Below, in pieces: positions 12,832 to 25,800 of a stretch of 64,000 bases of DNA. How positions within the stretch are numbered: position 1 is the first letter of the stretch; each line of letters begins with the position of its first letter. Made by a program: the position numbers and the translations under genes. The notes beneath the pieces are model-generated. The model saw nothing but the letters and a program-made list of their open reading frames with translations, was not told where the DNA came from and did not search any database. The DNA comes from Squalus acanthias (Eukaryota), in contig CM059443.1 in the NCBI GenBank assembly GCA_030390025.1, forward strand, positions 67,208,001-67,272,000, read 5' to 3'.

Positions 12832-12946
12832 AAAAAGACAGACTTGCATTTCTACCGCGCCTTTCACCACCTCAGGACGTCCCGAAGCGCTTCACAGCCA
12901 AATGCAGTACTTTTTGAAGGGTGGTCACTGTTGTAATATGGGAAGC
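12832..12946 (-). mobile_element. Deu-SINE 3' tail fragment
   Basis: GACTTGCATTT...GCGCCTTTCACCACCTCAGGACGTCCCGAAGCGCTT, the same motif as in the other SINE tails. Confidence 0.7.
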
Positions 12947-13069
12947 AGAAAGTGAACGAATGTGTGGTAAATGTTAAAAAAAAACTGAGTAATTAAAATA
13001 AAAGTATGAGGTAACTTAATGTGTAAAACCCTAGAGTCAGAGAGTGGGCGGGCGCGCGGTGGGTGAGGG

Positions 13070-13238
13070 CGGGAGGTGAGCGTGCGCGCACACGCGGTGG
13101 GCGGGAGGCGAGCGTGCGCGCACACGCGGTAGGCGAGGGCGGGAGGCGAGCGTGCGCGCGGTAGGCGAGGGCGGTAGGCGAGCGTGTGCGCACACGTGGC
13201 GTGCGAGGGCCGGGAGTGGTGCGTGCGCGCACACACGC
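13070..13238 (+). repeat. Degenerate GC-rich tandem repeat (GGCGAGCGTGCGCGCACACGCGGT-like units) upstream of the TSS
   Basis: About five imperfect copies of GAGCGTGCGCGCACACGC are visible. Confidence 0.75.
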
Positions 13239-13527
13239 GAAGGAAGGGGGGGGGCGCGAAAGCTGCGAACCGGCGAGCGAGCGGGCAGGCTGACGTCACA
13301 GAGGGGCACTGTGGTGTAGCGGAAGCGGCGCGTTTGCGGGGCGGAAGTGACGGGCGGGGCGGCGGGCGGGCGCAGGCGCAGTGGGGAGACGGTGGGAGCG
13401 CGGCCCAGTCCCTTTGTTGCGGTAGCGCTGCCGGGGGAGGAGAGCCGGAGCCGGAGCCTGAGGCAGGGACACCACCCCCCCCCACCCCAACCCCCACCCC
13501 ATACACCGCACACAGCCGGCGCCAAGC

Positions 13528-13815
13528 ATGGACTCGGACGAGGGCTACATGTACGACGAGGATGAGTACAGCGAGGAGAGCGAGCCCGAGGATAACTTCG
13601 AGATCGGCGAGGTGGAGATGCAGGAGCCCGGCCTGGAGCCCGGGCAGGACGGTGACGGCGGCGGCGGCGGAGGCGGCGGCCTGGGAGGCCTGGGCGGGCT
13701 GGGCGGCCTGGGCGCCGAGCAGGAGGAGGAGGATTACCGCTACGAGGTGCTGAGCGCCGAGCAGATCGTCCAGCACATGGTGGAGTGCATCCGCGAGGTC
13801 AACGAGGTCATCGAG
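13528..13815 (+). CDS. ARIH1: ARIH1 coding exon 1 (acidic and Gly-rich N-terminus, start of UBA-like region)
   Basis: Kozak context gccaagcATGG. Translates [13 protein letters not shown]...VNEVIE. Donor GAG|GTAAAA at 13816. Confidence 0.95.
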
Positions 13816-16800
13816 GTAAAACCCGAGCCGGCCATGGCGCCGCAGGAAAGCCCGCTGAAAGCCCGAGCCCGCAGGCCTCGACTGGGCCAGCGCACAGGGA
13901 GCTCCCCTGTAGGGCAGGGAGTGGGAGTCTCGTGGGGGTGTGAGCTGGAAAATGTGGTGGGGAGGGGGAGGCAATGCAGGCCGAGAATGAGGGGGAGTCA
14001 ATGGGAGGGGAGTGAGTCGGGCTGTGGGGGCACAATGAGTGGCTGCTGTTTGTCCTCTCACACTGGCTGCTTTTCTTGGGCTTGGTATCACTGGCCAGCA
14101 CTGAGCAGGATTCTGGCATTCACTGGGGGTTTGAGCAGGATTCGGGGGTTCACAGGGGTTTGAGCAGGATCCTGGGGTTCACTGGGGGTTTGAGCAGGAT
14201 CCTGGGGTTCACTGGGGTTTTGAGCAGGATCCTGGGGTTTTGAGCAGGATTCTGGGGGTTTGAGCAGGATCCGGGGGTTTTGAGCAGGATCCTGGGGGTT
14301 TGAGCAGGATTCTGGGGGTTTGAGCAGGATCCGGGGGTTTTGAACAGGATTCTGGGGTTCACTGGGGTTTTGAACATGATCCTGGGGTTCACTGGGGGTT
14401 TTGAGCAGGATCCTGGGGGTTTGAGCAGGATCCGGGGGTTTTGAACAGGATTCTGGGGTTCACTGGGGTTTTGAGCAGGATTCTGGGGTACACTGGGAAT
14501 TTGAGCAAAAACTGGGAGGGCAGTCAAGAGTATTTTTTTTTACTGGTCAGTTTGTACATATCTGATCCTGGCTTTGCCCAATATACTGGCGTGAATTCTG
14601 TGCTCATTGTGGTGTTGGGGAAATGCAAAAGGGGTACCACCCCTTCTTGTTTGCAGGCATGTGGACAGAGTCTGTTGTATTTTTTCTTTGTTTAATATTT
14701 CTGGTTGGGGAAATTCCCTGAATTGGGGTAGTTTATAATTTATCATCTGAAATTTATAGTTTTTTTATGCCTGTGATTTTGATTGCAGTGCAATTCTACT
14801 GTACTGGTTGAATCTTTGGATGGCTTGGCTTGAGCTATTCATTTTGGTAACAACCACACTAACTGCTAGTTACTGATTTCCCTTGTCTTCTCGCCTATGG
14901 TTTTCACCCTTGTTGATGTCCTGCACTGCCCTTGCCACTTCACCTGTACTTCTCAATAGAAAAGAAAAGCAAATTGCCCAAGTAGACACAAGAGTATGAT
15001 GTTTGAGTTCCTCTTATAAATGTGGGTGCAACTATTGGGAAAGATGTGATCCCACCACAAGCCAGCATATGGCACTCGGCCTGCAACATTTTGAAATGGA
15101 TTGGAGCACAGACTATTGAGCTGGAGGTTTGAGTTTTTATGCAGGCGTTTGGCCGTAGTCTTGGAAGAGGTTTAGGTGAGGGACCACCTGGAATAGACAT
15201 TTCTGAGGAGGGTTTAATCTAAGTCTTTCCAAAATTGTTGCATGACAAATGAAGCTTGCTGCTCTCCACACTTAGCTTTTGAACTGCTTATATCTCTGAT
15301 CCTTTTAAGCCCGTTTTCCCTAACCTCACACCTCAACGGGCACGGCCACCGGTTCTGCCAAAAGGTCATCGACCTGAAACGTTAACTCTTTCTCTCTCCA
15401 CAGATGCTGCCTGACCTGCCGCGTATTTCCAGCATTTTCTGTTTTTAGTTCCCATTTTTATTTTATTTAATTCCAACAGTTTTCCACCTATATTAAGTGG
15501 TTATATCTGATGAATGGGGAAAATGAGGCAGTGCTCATTTTAAAAGAATATTTTTGCTTCACAAAGTGGAGAAGTCCTAGTTTTACTGTTTTAAGTTTGG
15601 AACTGTGCTAGATATTCCATGGACCATAGAGCCTACCACAAATGGGCTCATTAAGAATTAATTTTGTGACATGTCAAGTGTTGATCATAGTAAAAAAGGA
15701 ATCTGGGAGAGGAAAAAAAAGTAAGTCAGAGTAGGAATAAATGAGCAAAGTACTGAGTTTAGTCATATGCAGTAAAAGCTACTCTTTCTGGGACCCAAGC
15801 ACCAATCTCACCCAGTAAAAGAGTTGGGCTCCATGAAGATCCCATTCTGCAGTTCCCAACACTGAAATTCCACATCACAATAAACAGTCTGTATCAAGAC
15901 CAGCTGAAAACATGCTTTCTGTGAGGTTATGTTATCTTGTCTAGGAATAGCTGCCATGTTTGAATCTTGGGACCTCTGGTCTCAACATATTTCAATTATG
16001 GTGGCAGATTCTGATACCTTTGGCCTGTACCATGTTTACTGGGGTTGGTAAAGCTCAGTTTACTAGAGATCACAAATGGTTATCTGGTTATGAGAGTGGA
16101 TATTTTGTGAGCATTCTAATTACTCGAGGAGCACTCGCTGGCCAGGCTTCCAGTGTGCCCCCTCCATTACTGCCCTGTTGATAAATGGGTTCTTTTAGAT
16201 TCATGTTGTCTGGAGAGAACAGACCAGTTCCAGTACTCAATCTTTGATGACCTGGAGTAGTAGTTGTTGCTCACTCATGTGCTTGGTAACAGACCTTGGA
16301 TTAAATGCCAGCACTGAAAGGTCACCAACTTTCTGGGATTTGACATGTTGGTTCTGTTAATACCTCGTTTAGCAGAATATCTGTATTGGTGTTTGTCACT
16401 GGGTTTCAGTAGTGTGAAACTTTAATTTGCTGAATGTGCCCAGTGACAGCACTAGGTATTCTAGCCCTGCCAGCTCTTTGTTTCAAGTTAACAAGTGTGG
16501 GTAGGCTTTTCACTATAGAGAAAATGGGGTAAAAGTTGAGCCTGATCCAGTCTTTACCTGAGATCCATGTACATGGGGGTTATTGAACAATCAGGAGTGG
16601 GGACTTTGTTTAAATTCTCCCCTCCCCCCAGAATGTGGAGATTAATTGTTAGCATCACTATCGGTAGCCAGCCTGATGTCCGCTAACTCAGCACAGGTCA
16701 GCGTTTGAGCCTGGAATTTCCTTAGTTTGTTTGATTGGTTCCACACCATGCAGTCCAATTGCCCACTGTGTCTTGGGGTAGGGGAGGAGAATTTGTTCTT

Positions 16801-19800
16801 TATAAGTGCTCCATGGGGATTGAGCAGCTCTGGGTTGAATCCGGATGATTAGTGCTTTGTAGATGCTGGCCTGGAGGCAACCTTTAGAAGTGCAGCTGGG
16901 CAATGAGCGGTGGCAGGGGGGTATCCTTTAGGAACTAACATCTGGCTGTGACTGTAACCTGACATTCGTAGTGTTAAAGACCCGCCTCGTTCAGCGGAAG
17001 GATTTGGTGTTCCTTTAGAAAATGCAGTGATGCTGCTTTCTTCAGTAGAGATCCCAGTACATGGCTGAGCCCATGTCAGTTGGGGGGATGGGTAATGTAT
17101 TTTTGGTAGACAATTGCAGACTCACTAGAAATGAATCCAGTAGTCTCCAGGGTGATGGAAATAAAATTCCCTAAGTTATGTACAAAAGCAATTGCTGTTT
17201 TGAGCAGAGCATAATTGGCCTCCAGGGGTGGGTTCCCAAGATTTGCTGCCCAGGCTCCAATTCAATACAAGTCAATTTCTCTCCCTCCCTCCAATTTGCT
17301 CCCCGTTTCTGGAATATACTAGTATTCGCTGCTGGACTGTTCCATGCGAGCTGGTGGCACGTTGGTACCGTATCCAAATGGTCATTTTTGCACTCTCCGT
17401 GAGTGTCAACAGGGTATTTGGCTACGGCGGGAGAGGCACCATCTTGTGTGTATGCACACACTTTCCAGCCATCAGGCATGGGAACTTCAGTTGATTTCTT
17501 TTCTCTTTACTCTCTAGCCCAGCACAAACCTGAGTGGTCTGTACGCTCTGCCTTTCCCAATTGAACTGTCAGGGCAGCTGGACTTTTCTTTGAGTTTTGA
17601 TACTCTATGCGAGAGCACAGTGTTCAGTTTCATTCTCATAAACTCATAGCTTGATTTGATTTGCGTTACTGGTGGAAGAGAGCCTTTGTGCATGGCTCTG
17701 ATTTAATTTGAGGCGTGTATGGCTTAATTCAGCCTGTAGTCTTGTGGTTACACACTTTGCTGATGCAGTTTAACCCTGCCTCGAGTGGTGGTTGGGCCAA
17801 GTGACTTGTGGAGTAACCATGACTGGCTGAAGCTTTTATTTCCAACTGCCCGAGTGGGCTTGCAGAACCTTCTGAGTTCAGGCTAGTTCAGAAAACCGTC
17901 CCCATTTCCTTCAGAAGAGGAAGTTGATTTCTCAGAATTGCCCTAATACCAAACAGGAGGCTGGTCACTCTCACATTTTAGGCACCAGCCAGGAATGGCC
18001 TAGCTCGATGAGATGTTATACCAGGATTTCAACAGTGTGCTAGTGGGAGTATGGAGTGTTAGCAGTACAGTTCTAGGTTATGTAAATCTAAACTTGATGT
18101 GTTTGTGGGGAGCATTTTGGGCTGGTACAGTACTGGGGTTACAGGTTGGTCTTTGGGGATGGGAGCATTTTTAAGGGATGAACCGAGTATTGTAGAATTT
18201 GAATGTTTATTATATTTGATTATTTCCTCATGTATAATGTATGCCCTTTGATGTATATAAGTATCGAGACTCCTGTACACAGCAAGCTCAAGAGAAGCTC
18301 AACATTAACAATTTCTCAAAGATGACAGATTTCTGTCTATCATTAGAAGGATGGAACCTCAGATTTTCCATTCCAAATCAGCAGCTGATCAAGGTAAACC
18401 TTTCTGGCTGGAGCACTTTTGGATCGCCCTCAAATAGCGTTGGAGTTACAGAGACATGGGTTGCGAGCAGGGTGAATGGCTGAGTCCAGTACTGCTGCTG
18501 CGCTGCCCGGGAACAGTATGGATGATTATTCCTTTGTTTGAGTGAGGTGATGCTAAGCCTGCCTGTCACTTTGGGAATGTATTACTTTTGAGCTTGTCTC
18601 TATGGCGAGTGTGCAGCCAGACTACTGGCCGTGGTCCAATCCTCGGCTGCTCACCGTTTGCTATCTTGCCGCTGTCTCCCGGAGGTAGCCGTGGTGGTAG
18701 CAGCTTGTGTTGCCCAGCACAGACTGAAATTTGTGCCTGGGTGGGGCTGTTTTGCTCATGAATCGTGTTGTTGACGGCCACTGCTCACAGCACCGAAGGC
18801 TTCGTACAGTGTGTTGTGTGGTTTATTGTGAGTTCGACGTGTTTTGCCACAGCCACCAAACAATCATTAAAATGGTGGAAGCTCCCTGTTTAAATGTGCA
18901 TTTTAATGTCTGCAGAGTGACGTGTTGCTCATCCTCCAGCTCAGGCAGCCAGTGTACAGTCTGGAAATAGGTTTCAATCTTCAATTTGTTGTTGCAGGCT
19001 TCTATGGAGCAGGATCTGAATTAACCAGATTGGGTATGTGTGCAATAATGTGACAGAGCCACACTTGCTGGCTTCACAAATAAATGTTCTCGTTATATAT
19101 ATATATATATAATCTTTTTCATTAATATCTATACAGTGTATTCTAGCCGTTGGCATGACTTTGGTGCAATATTGTGCGAGGGATTTCTTAAACTACATCC
19201 CCTTGAGCTGTGAAAGATACCCAGTGATCTAAAGTATACGTCTGTCCTTCCAAATTGGGCTGTGTCTGGAGAGAGCCGTTGAGTGGTATAGCATGGTGGG
19301 AGCAGTCTGAGGGGCTGAGTGAAGAATATTGCACATAGGTTTCCTTAGCCCCCTATATATGATACCAATGCTCTTTTTAAAAAAAAAAGCCTAGTCAGAA
19401 TACTGTTGGGTTTCTTTATTGGGCATGGCTGAAGTGCTTTACCCCAAGTGACTATTGAGGCGATAATGTTATTAAAAAGGGAACTGGAGAAGTATGTGAA
19501 AGGGATGACTACAGAAAGATACAGGAAAAGGCAAGGAAATTTGGGCTTGAGTAGATAGCTCCAGTTGAAGTGCTGGAGGGCCGAATGGCTGTACTTCTGT
19601 GAGTGTGTGCGTGCTACTTCACACTAGGGAGCATTAATTGCTGTAATCTTGTCTGGTGAATTGGACCGTTCTGCAGCAGGGAAAAAGATCTCTAGGGACT
19701 TTGTCCCTTTAAGAGTTTCTTCCAGAGGTTTGTTGCTAAGGTTTACAGCATGCTCTGAACCCCTTGGCGAGATGTGTTTTTTTTTTAATGGTTCCTACCC

Positions 19801-22800
19801 ACTCATTTGTTCTCTGTGTAACGTATATTATATGGGCTGTATGGTACTTGTGGCTGAGTTTGGTTCCAACTACCCGTTCAGTCATTTAAAAAAGAAATTG
19901 CTGTTGCAAAAAACAAGCTTTAGTGGGGTGGGGGTATCTGCGTAAGAACTTGACGTTTAGCTCCACATACGGCATAGTCTCCTAGTAGCTCGATGGTCCC
20001 TGGAGCCCTTTCCAGCAGCTTGGAGATGCGACATTAGCTTTCATTCTGTGGCCAGCTTACTGATGTGCTCTTGGTTTGTATATCAGGTGTCAAGCACTTG
20101 GTTCAATGGCAGCACACTTGCCTCTGAATCAGGCCCCTCTCCAGAGCTCGAGCACATAATCTTGGCTGACACTGTGCTGCATTGCTGGAAGCGCCGTCTT
20201 TCAGATGTGAAATTAAATGGAGGCCATGTCTGTTGAGGTGAAGATCCCACCGCACTGTTTGAAGAAGAGCAGGGAGCTCTCTTGCTGTCCTGGCCAACGT
20301 TCCTCCTTCAACAAACTCCACCAAAACAGATTAACTGCACGTTTTTCTCAGTCTTTTCTTTTTGTGGGCAAATTGGCTGCTGCCTTTGCCTAAAATGATG
20401 AGTAATTCAGTACTGGGCAATAAATGCTGGCCTTGCCAGCGACGCCCACATCCCATGAATGAATAATTAAAAAATAAATCATTAGCCATGAAGGGTTTGG
20501 TTCACGTGGGCGGTCCCGGGCACGGACACCTGAGTTTGGCTTCTTCAGCCAGTAAAGCAGTGCCCCGTCTGATGATGGCGGAGCAAGCCTCTGGCTGAAA
20601 GGAGTACGGGAAAGCTTCCTCCATTCATGTGACGAACTCATGATCATTTTTTACTATTAAATGAGGAATATCTCCTCTTTCCTGAAGAACTGAATCTCCT
20701 CTTTCCTGAAGTATTTTTCATGGTCATGTGATGTACCCTCCTCTACTTCCCACTCGGTGTCCCTGTTCATTGCAGATCTGTGCAGTGTTCAGGGAGGTTA
20801 GTTAAAAGAAAGAAAGACTTGTATTTTTCTATAGCGCCTTTCATGACCTCAGGATGTCCCAAAGCGCTTTACAGCAAACTGGGCAATGCAATGTGGAATT
20901 CACAGAGTGAAGGGTTGGAGCATGATTTTCGGGACTTTCCCATTCTTTTTAAATATAACTTTACAAGCTGTGTCCCACCCTTGCCCCATGGTTCTCTCTT
21001 GGATATGCTGCATCTGAAGTGTTTAAATTCCTCATTCTACATGTTTGCTGCCACCACCTTGCAGAAAAAGCTACAGTGCGATTCCATAATGTCATCTGAA
21101 ATACAGATTGGGTGGGAACAGTTCACACGGCACATGTGGTGCCCTTCCCTTGGAGGAACAGTGTCTCCTCACACCCCAGGGTAAATGAGGAATGTATGTT
21201 AGTCTTGTGTTTCCATGGTCCGATCGCTGCGTTAGTGGAGTTTTTTTATTTACGATGTTGCACTCCCAGTTTTGTCAACTCCAGATTGTATGTGTGAGGG
21301 TTGAGTCACACTGTTAATAAGTTCCTGTGAGGTAGGACATATGGTAATGCTATCAAGTGCATAAATTAAAATAAAAAGCTTTGTAGGTATAAATATTCAC
21401 GTACCTATAAACAGGGTTGTCTCCTCTGTTGGCAGATTTTCGAGGGGGGGGCGGTCTGAAGACCATTGAATGTTAGTTTTTTAATAATTCCGTGTCATTT
21501 GGTCTTGATAGCACACTAGTGTTTTGTTACACAGCAACCTGAGACTCTGGTGGCCTCAGCTGCATTATAATGCACAATTGTGTCTGATGGATTCCTATAC
21601 TTGTGCTGCTAGGTAGGGTGGGATTGTCGATGTTTAATCATTGCTAGGTGATGCTAGCAGTCCCAGTGTTTAGAGTGGCTACATGTCTGGTAGCGATGAT
21701 GGCAGTACTGAATGAGAATAGCTCAGTGTTTTGCATACAGCAATTCACTTTAAAGTGCAGTGGCTGTTTTACAGCAGCCATTTTGTGCATAAACCATATT
21801 AGTGGTGTTTATTGAGGGAGCAGTGTTGACCAGGACACTGGGGGAATTTCCTGTCTCCTTTGATTCGTGCAATTGAATCTTTAACCCGCATGTATTGATT
21901 GGAACAGGCAGACTGGGCCGTAGTTTAACATCACCTCTGATAATACAGCACAGCCTCAGTACTGCAATAATGTCAGCCTAGATTGTGTGTTCACTTGAAG
22001 TGGCCTGAACCCACAGCCTTCTGACTCCGAGGTGGAAATGGTACCAAAGAGCCAAGGTGGCACTGGTGAGTGCTATGAGGTGTTGAAATTAAGAGTTTCA
22101 CGCAGGAAATGCATCATGCAATATTAAAGTGTATCGGCTGAAGTGATTTCTTCCTGCTGTAGAGCTTTAGTATCAATATGACAATTCTGGATGTCGTTCA
22201 TATGTAGACTGTATGTCCCTTAGTATAAAATTTAGTAACTGAAACCCAAAGCAGACTAACAGCACTTTCTGCCTCCATTTAAAGGCCTCAATCACAGGAA
22301 ATGTGCTTCAGAGTAAATACATTGTGTAATTTGATCCTGTCTTTCACCCCCAGAATCCAGCCACTATCACGAGGATACTTCTCAGCCACTTCAACTGGGA
22401 TAAGGAGAAACTAATGGAAAGGTAAGTCTTGTCTGCAGTGGGGAAGGCCTCTGTACAGTGTAAGGATATCAGCTGTGGGGGTAAGGGGGGGATGGAATGT
22501 ACATACTATTTTACATTCTGGAGTTAACAGTAGGTCTTTCCATCTAGAAACAGCTGTCCTTGATAACTGGGTTGTCCCACTGGAAAACAGCTAACACAAT
22601 GCATTTCTACAAGAAAGGGATCAAAGTTAGGTCCGGATGCCCACAGATCCATTGTGCAAAGTCATGGAAACCACACTTGGCTGCAGCAGCCTGCTCTCTG
22701 CTCAGCGAGTTGGCCTCCGAGTAGATTGGTGCAGTTTGTGATGTTCTCGGGCTCCTCGAAGGAGAGCTCATGATGCCCAGAATGAAGCTTAATAACAGTC

Positions 22801-25800
22801 CTCGACATTGTAGCGCCTTCAACAGGAGTGAGCTGTTCTAAAATCATCAACGGTGCTTTTACATGGAGCTCTTCTGTAGTTTAGTTGGTAGGAGGCTGGT
22901 GTCTGTGAGCCAATTCCCTGTGTTTACATTGCTAAATCCTGATGGCAGTCCCACAAACAGGCAGTCGGGATTACAAATACAATATTGCTGTAACCAGCTG
23001 ACTGACCTATTTTGGCACGTCTGGTGATCTGTTGGCCTGGGTATCTAACCTCCAAGAATTTACCAACAGTGGGTCCAGAATAAATGGATGATTGCCTCAT
23101 TATTAATTGTAAAACATTTTGCCCAATTTCTGTCTTCAGTTACTGATTACAAATGCACAGCAGAGGTTTGCACATTTCAACTTTGTTTTTCAGGAGAGGT
23201 CAGAGATTCAATAGTGAATTTAAGTTGAAAATGCAGAAGGGCCAATTTCAGTTATTATTTGACAACCAAGTATGCCGATTGCAAAGGGAAGTGTGGGTAC
23301 TGAACACAGCACTGCTGGCACAGGGATCCGATGATGTGTTGTGCTGAAGACGGCCTAAAGAAAGCTTTGAATCCACTTGCAAGTCCGTGCTATTTAGTGC
23401 TACTTGTGCTTCCTTATCCCATTTCCCACTTGCCCAACAGTGGTTTCCAGTGTGGGACTTATTTTTTTTATTCGTTCCTGGGATGTGGGCGTTGCTGGCA
23501 AGGCCAGCATTTATTGCCTATCCCTAATTGCCCTTGAGAAGGTGGTGGTAAACCGCCTCCTTGAACCGCTGTAGTACTTGTGGTTTCCCACTGTCCCATC
23601 GTTTGAGCAATGATTGCTTTGCCAACTAAGCTTTGTCTCTGTCCTGGTTTGACATTGCTGACTCTAGCCAGTCTGATTAGATGGAATTGTGACCCGTCTC
23701 TCCATTTTGTTCCATTATTGCAAACAAACAGATTATGCATTGAAACAGGAAAACTGGCGCGCAATTACTCACCCCAATAGGAATAGTATTTCAAATTGAA
23801 AATTTTCAAAAATGTTTTTTTTTATAAAAAAGAGAAAAAATGTACTGGTTTCCCACTGACACAGCGCTGGTGTGTAAACCCCCACTGACACAGCGCTGGT
23901 GTGTAAACCCCCACTGACACAGCGCTGGTGTGTAAACCCCCACTGACACAGCGCTGGTGTGTAAACCCCCACTGACACAGCGCTGGTGTGTAAACCCCCA
24001 CTGACACCGCGCTGGTGTGTAAACCCCCACTGACACCGCGCTGGTGTGTAAACCCCCACTGACACCGCGCTGGTGTGTAAACCCCCACTGACACCGCGCT
24101 GGTGTGTAAACCCCCACTGACACCGCGCTGGTGTGTAAACCCCCACTGACACCGCGCTGGTGTGTAAACCCCCACTGACACCGCGCTGGTGTGTAAACCC
24201 CCACTGACACCGCGCTGGTGTGTAAGCTCAATTCAACATTTACAGGAGGATTCATTGACAGCCTAATTGTGCATATTTGAACAGTAAGTTAACCACGTTT
24301 TAGTTCTGATACAAACATCGGGTGGAGGCACTAAATCTGAACGGGGATACAGGTTATTACACCTCCTCTGGGGATACTTTTGGGTTTGGTCTCTTTTTCT
24401 GTACAAATAATTTCTTTAAAATTATGTTGTTTCTACTTGTGGGGGGAGTCCAAAACTAGGGCCTCAAATATGAGAGTCGCTAATAAATCCAGTAAGAAAT
24501 TCAGGAGAAACTTCTTTACTCAGAGGGTGGCAAGAATGTGGAGCATGCCACTGCATGGAGTGATTATGGCAAATAGGGGCCGTAAATAGCACTAAAAAAT
24601 CCACTGAAGAATTCAGGAGAATTTACCCAGAGAGTGGTGAGAATGTGGAACTTGCAGCCACAAAGGTGTAGTTGAGGCAAATAGCGTTGATGCCTTTAAG
24701 GGGAAGCTAGGTAAGCACATGAGGGAGAAAGGAATAGGGGATATGCTGATAGGGTGAGCTGGGAGGAGGCACGTGTGGAGCATAAACACCAGCTGGGCCA
24801 AAGGGTCTGTTTCTGTGCTGTAAAATTCTATGCATTAGAGCCCCTCCCAGTCCTTGTGACCGTTGTTTCTTGTGTTGCATCTTTTGATTATTTTTTACTC
24901 AAGCTCTCTGCTGGAGCATTTTGCACCTTTTGGCCATGGTACAGGTGAACAAATGACCCGCAAGGACTGCTTTCTCCAGAAGTGTTGGGGACATTCTAGT
25001 TCCTTTGTTGTCCAAGTTTGCTAGCAGGTAGGTTAGGTGCTCTTGAGTCTCCCGGGAGGGTGCTGGAGGAGAAGTGAGTTTCATTGTGATTGGAGCATGG
25101 CCATAAGCCCATCTTCATAACTGTGGACTCTTGACAAGTGGGCCTGCTTCACACACAGCAATCTATTCTTGAGTTCTATCTGCATGGTTCTGAAGTTCTA
25201 ATTTGAGTTTTTGAGTTTGGCTTTGTTATTGGTTGTTTGAGGCTATTTTCTGCTGGGGGGGCGGTGGGGGGGGGGTTCTGGGTCCATCCTTGTTATCTTG
25301 TGTGTGGCTGCATGACTTGTTTTCTTATCGGACAGTGCTAGATGATTGGGTGTGTTTCCATATGCAGGAATTGAAGGTTTGGGTGCTTGCCATTGTAGTT
25401 GAGTCTATTAGTCACCAACTGCATAGAGGATCTGTTGTCATTCTGTTTGGAGGTCATGAGTCCTTCTTCATTCTGTGCGCTGTTGATACTTTTGGGTAGT
25501 TGTCACTATGTGGTGGGCCTCAGCTACCTTGTGGAGGAGGTCCCGTGGAGCCTTGGTTGCTGGACTGTGGAAGGGAGCTATAATCCGGATATTGAAATTT
25601 GAAGGGTTGATCTAGGGGAGGATGATGCTGCTGAGGGTGGACTCTGCGGCTCTTCTAACCTGTCCACTGAGTTCCAGCTTGGAGAGGCGGAGGGGGCTTC
25701 TTGAGGTACACTACATGTCACTGCACTGCAGCTCCGAGTCGTTTCTGAGTCCCCTGCGCTTCCCTGACTGGCAGCTCTGTTGTTTACGTCAATGTTCAGT

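Larger units (their letters stand above)
13040..13900 (+). promoter_or_regulatory. CpG island / TATA-less housekeeping promoter of ARIH1
   Basis: Very CpG-dense. Motifs: E-box CACGTG 13193-13198, E2F-type TTTCGCGCC (minus) 13253-13261, CRE TGACGTCA 13291-13298, ETS/GABP CGGAAGTG 13342-13349 running into a half-CRE TGACG, several GGGCGG GC boxes, and NRF1-type GCGCAGGCGCA 13370-13380. Confidence 0.85.

Noticed and set aside
12412-12870. Lys/Arg-rich and Phe/Leu-rich ORFs upstream of the promoter
   Set aside because: They arise from low-complexity purine/pyrimidine tracts and a SINE tail.
12925-14091. 388-aa and other overlapping ORFs across the CpG island
   Set aside because: They are Pro/Arg/Ala-rich products of stop-poor GC-rich DNA antisense to exon 1, with no recognisable domain.
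13528-14163. 211-aa ORF as a single-exon protein
   Set aside because: Similarity to ARIH1 stops at the donor at 13816; the rest is read-through into the GC-rich intron and minisatellite.
23852-24225. CRISPR-like array (29-bp palindromic repeats)
   Set aside because: The units are head-to-tail with no unique spacers, there are no cas genes, and the context is a vertebrate intron. It is a minisatellite, and the same applies to 31186-31544.
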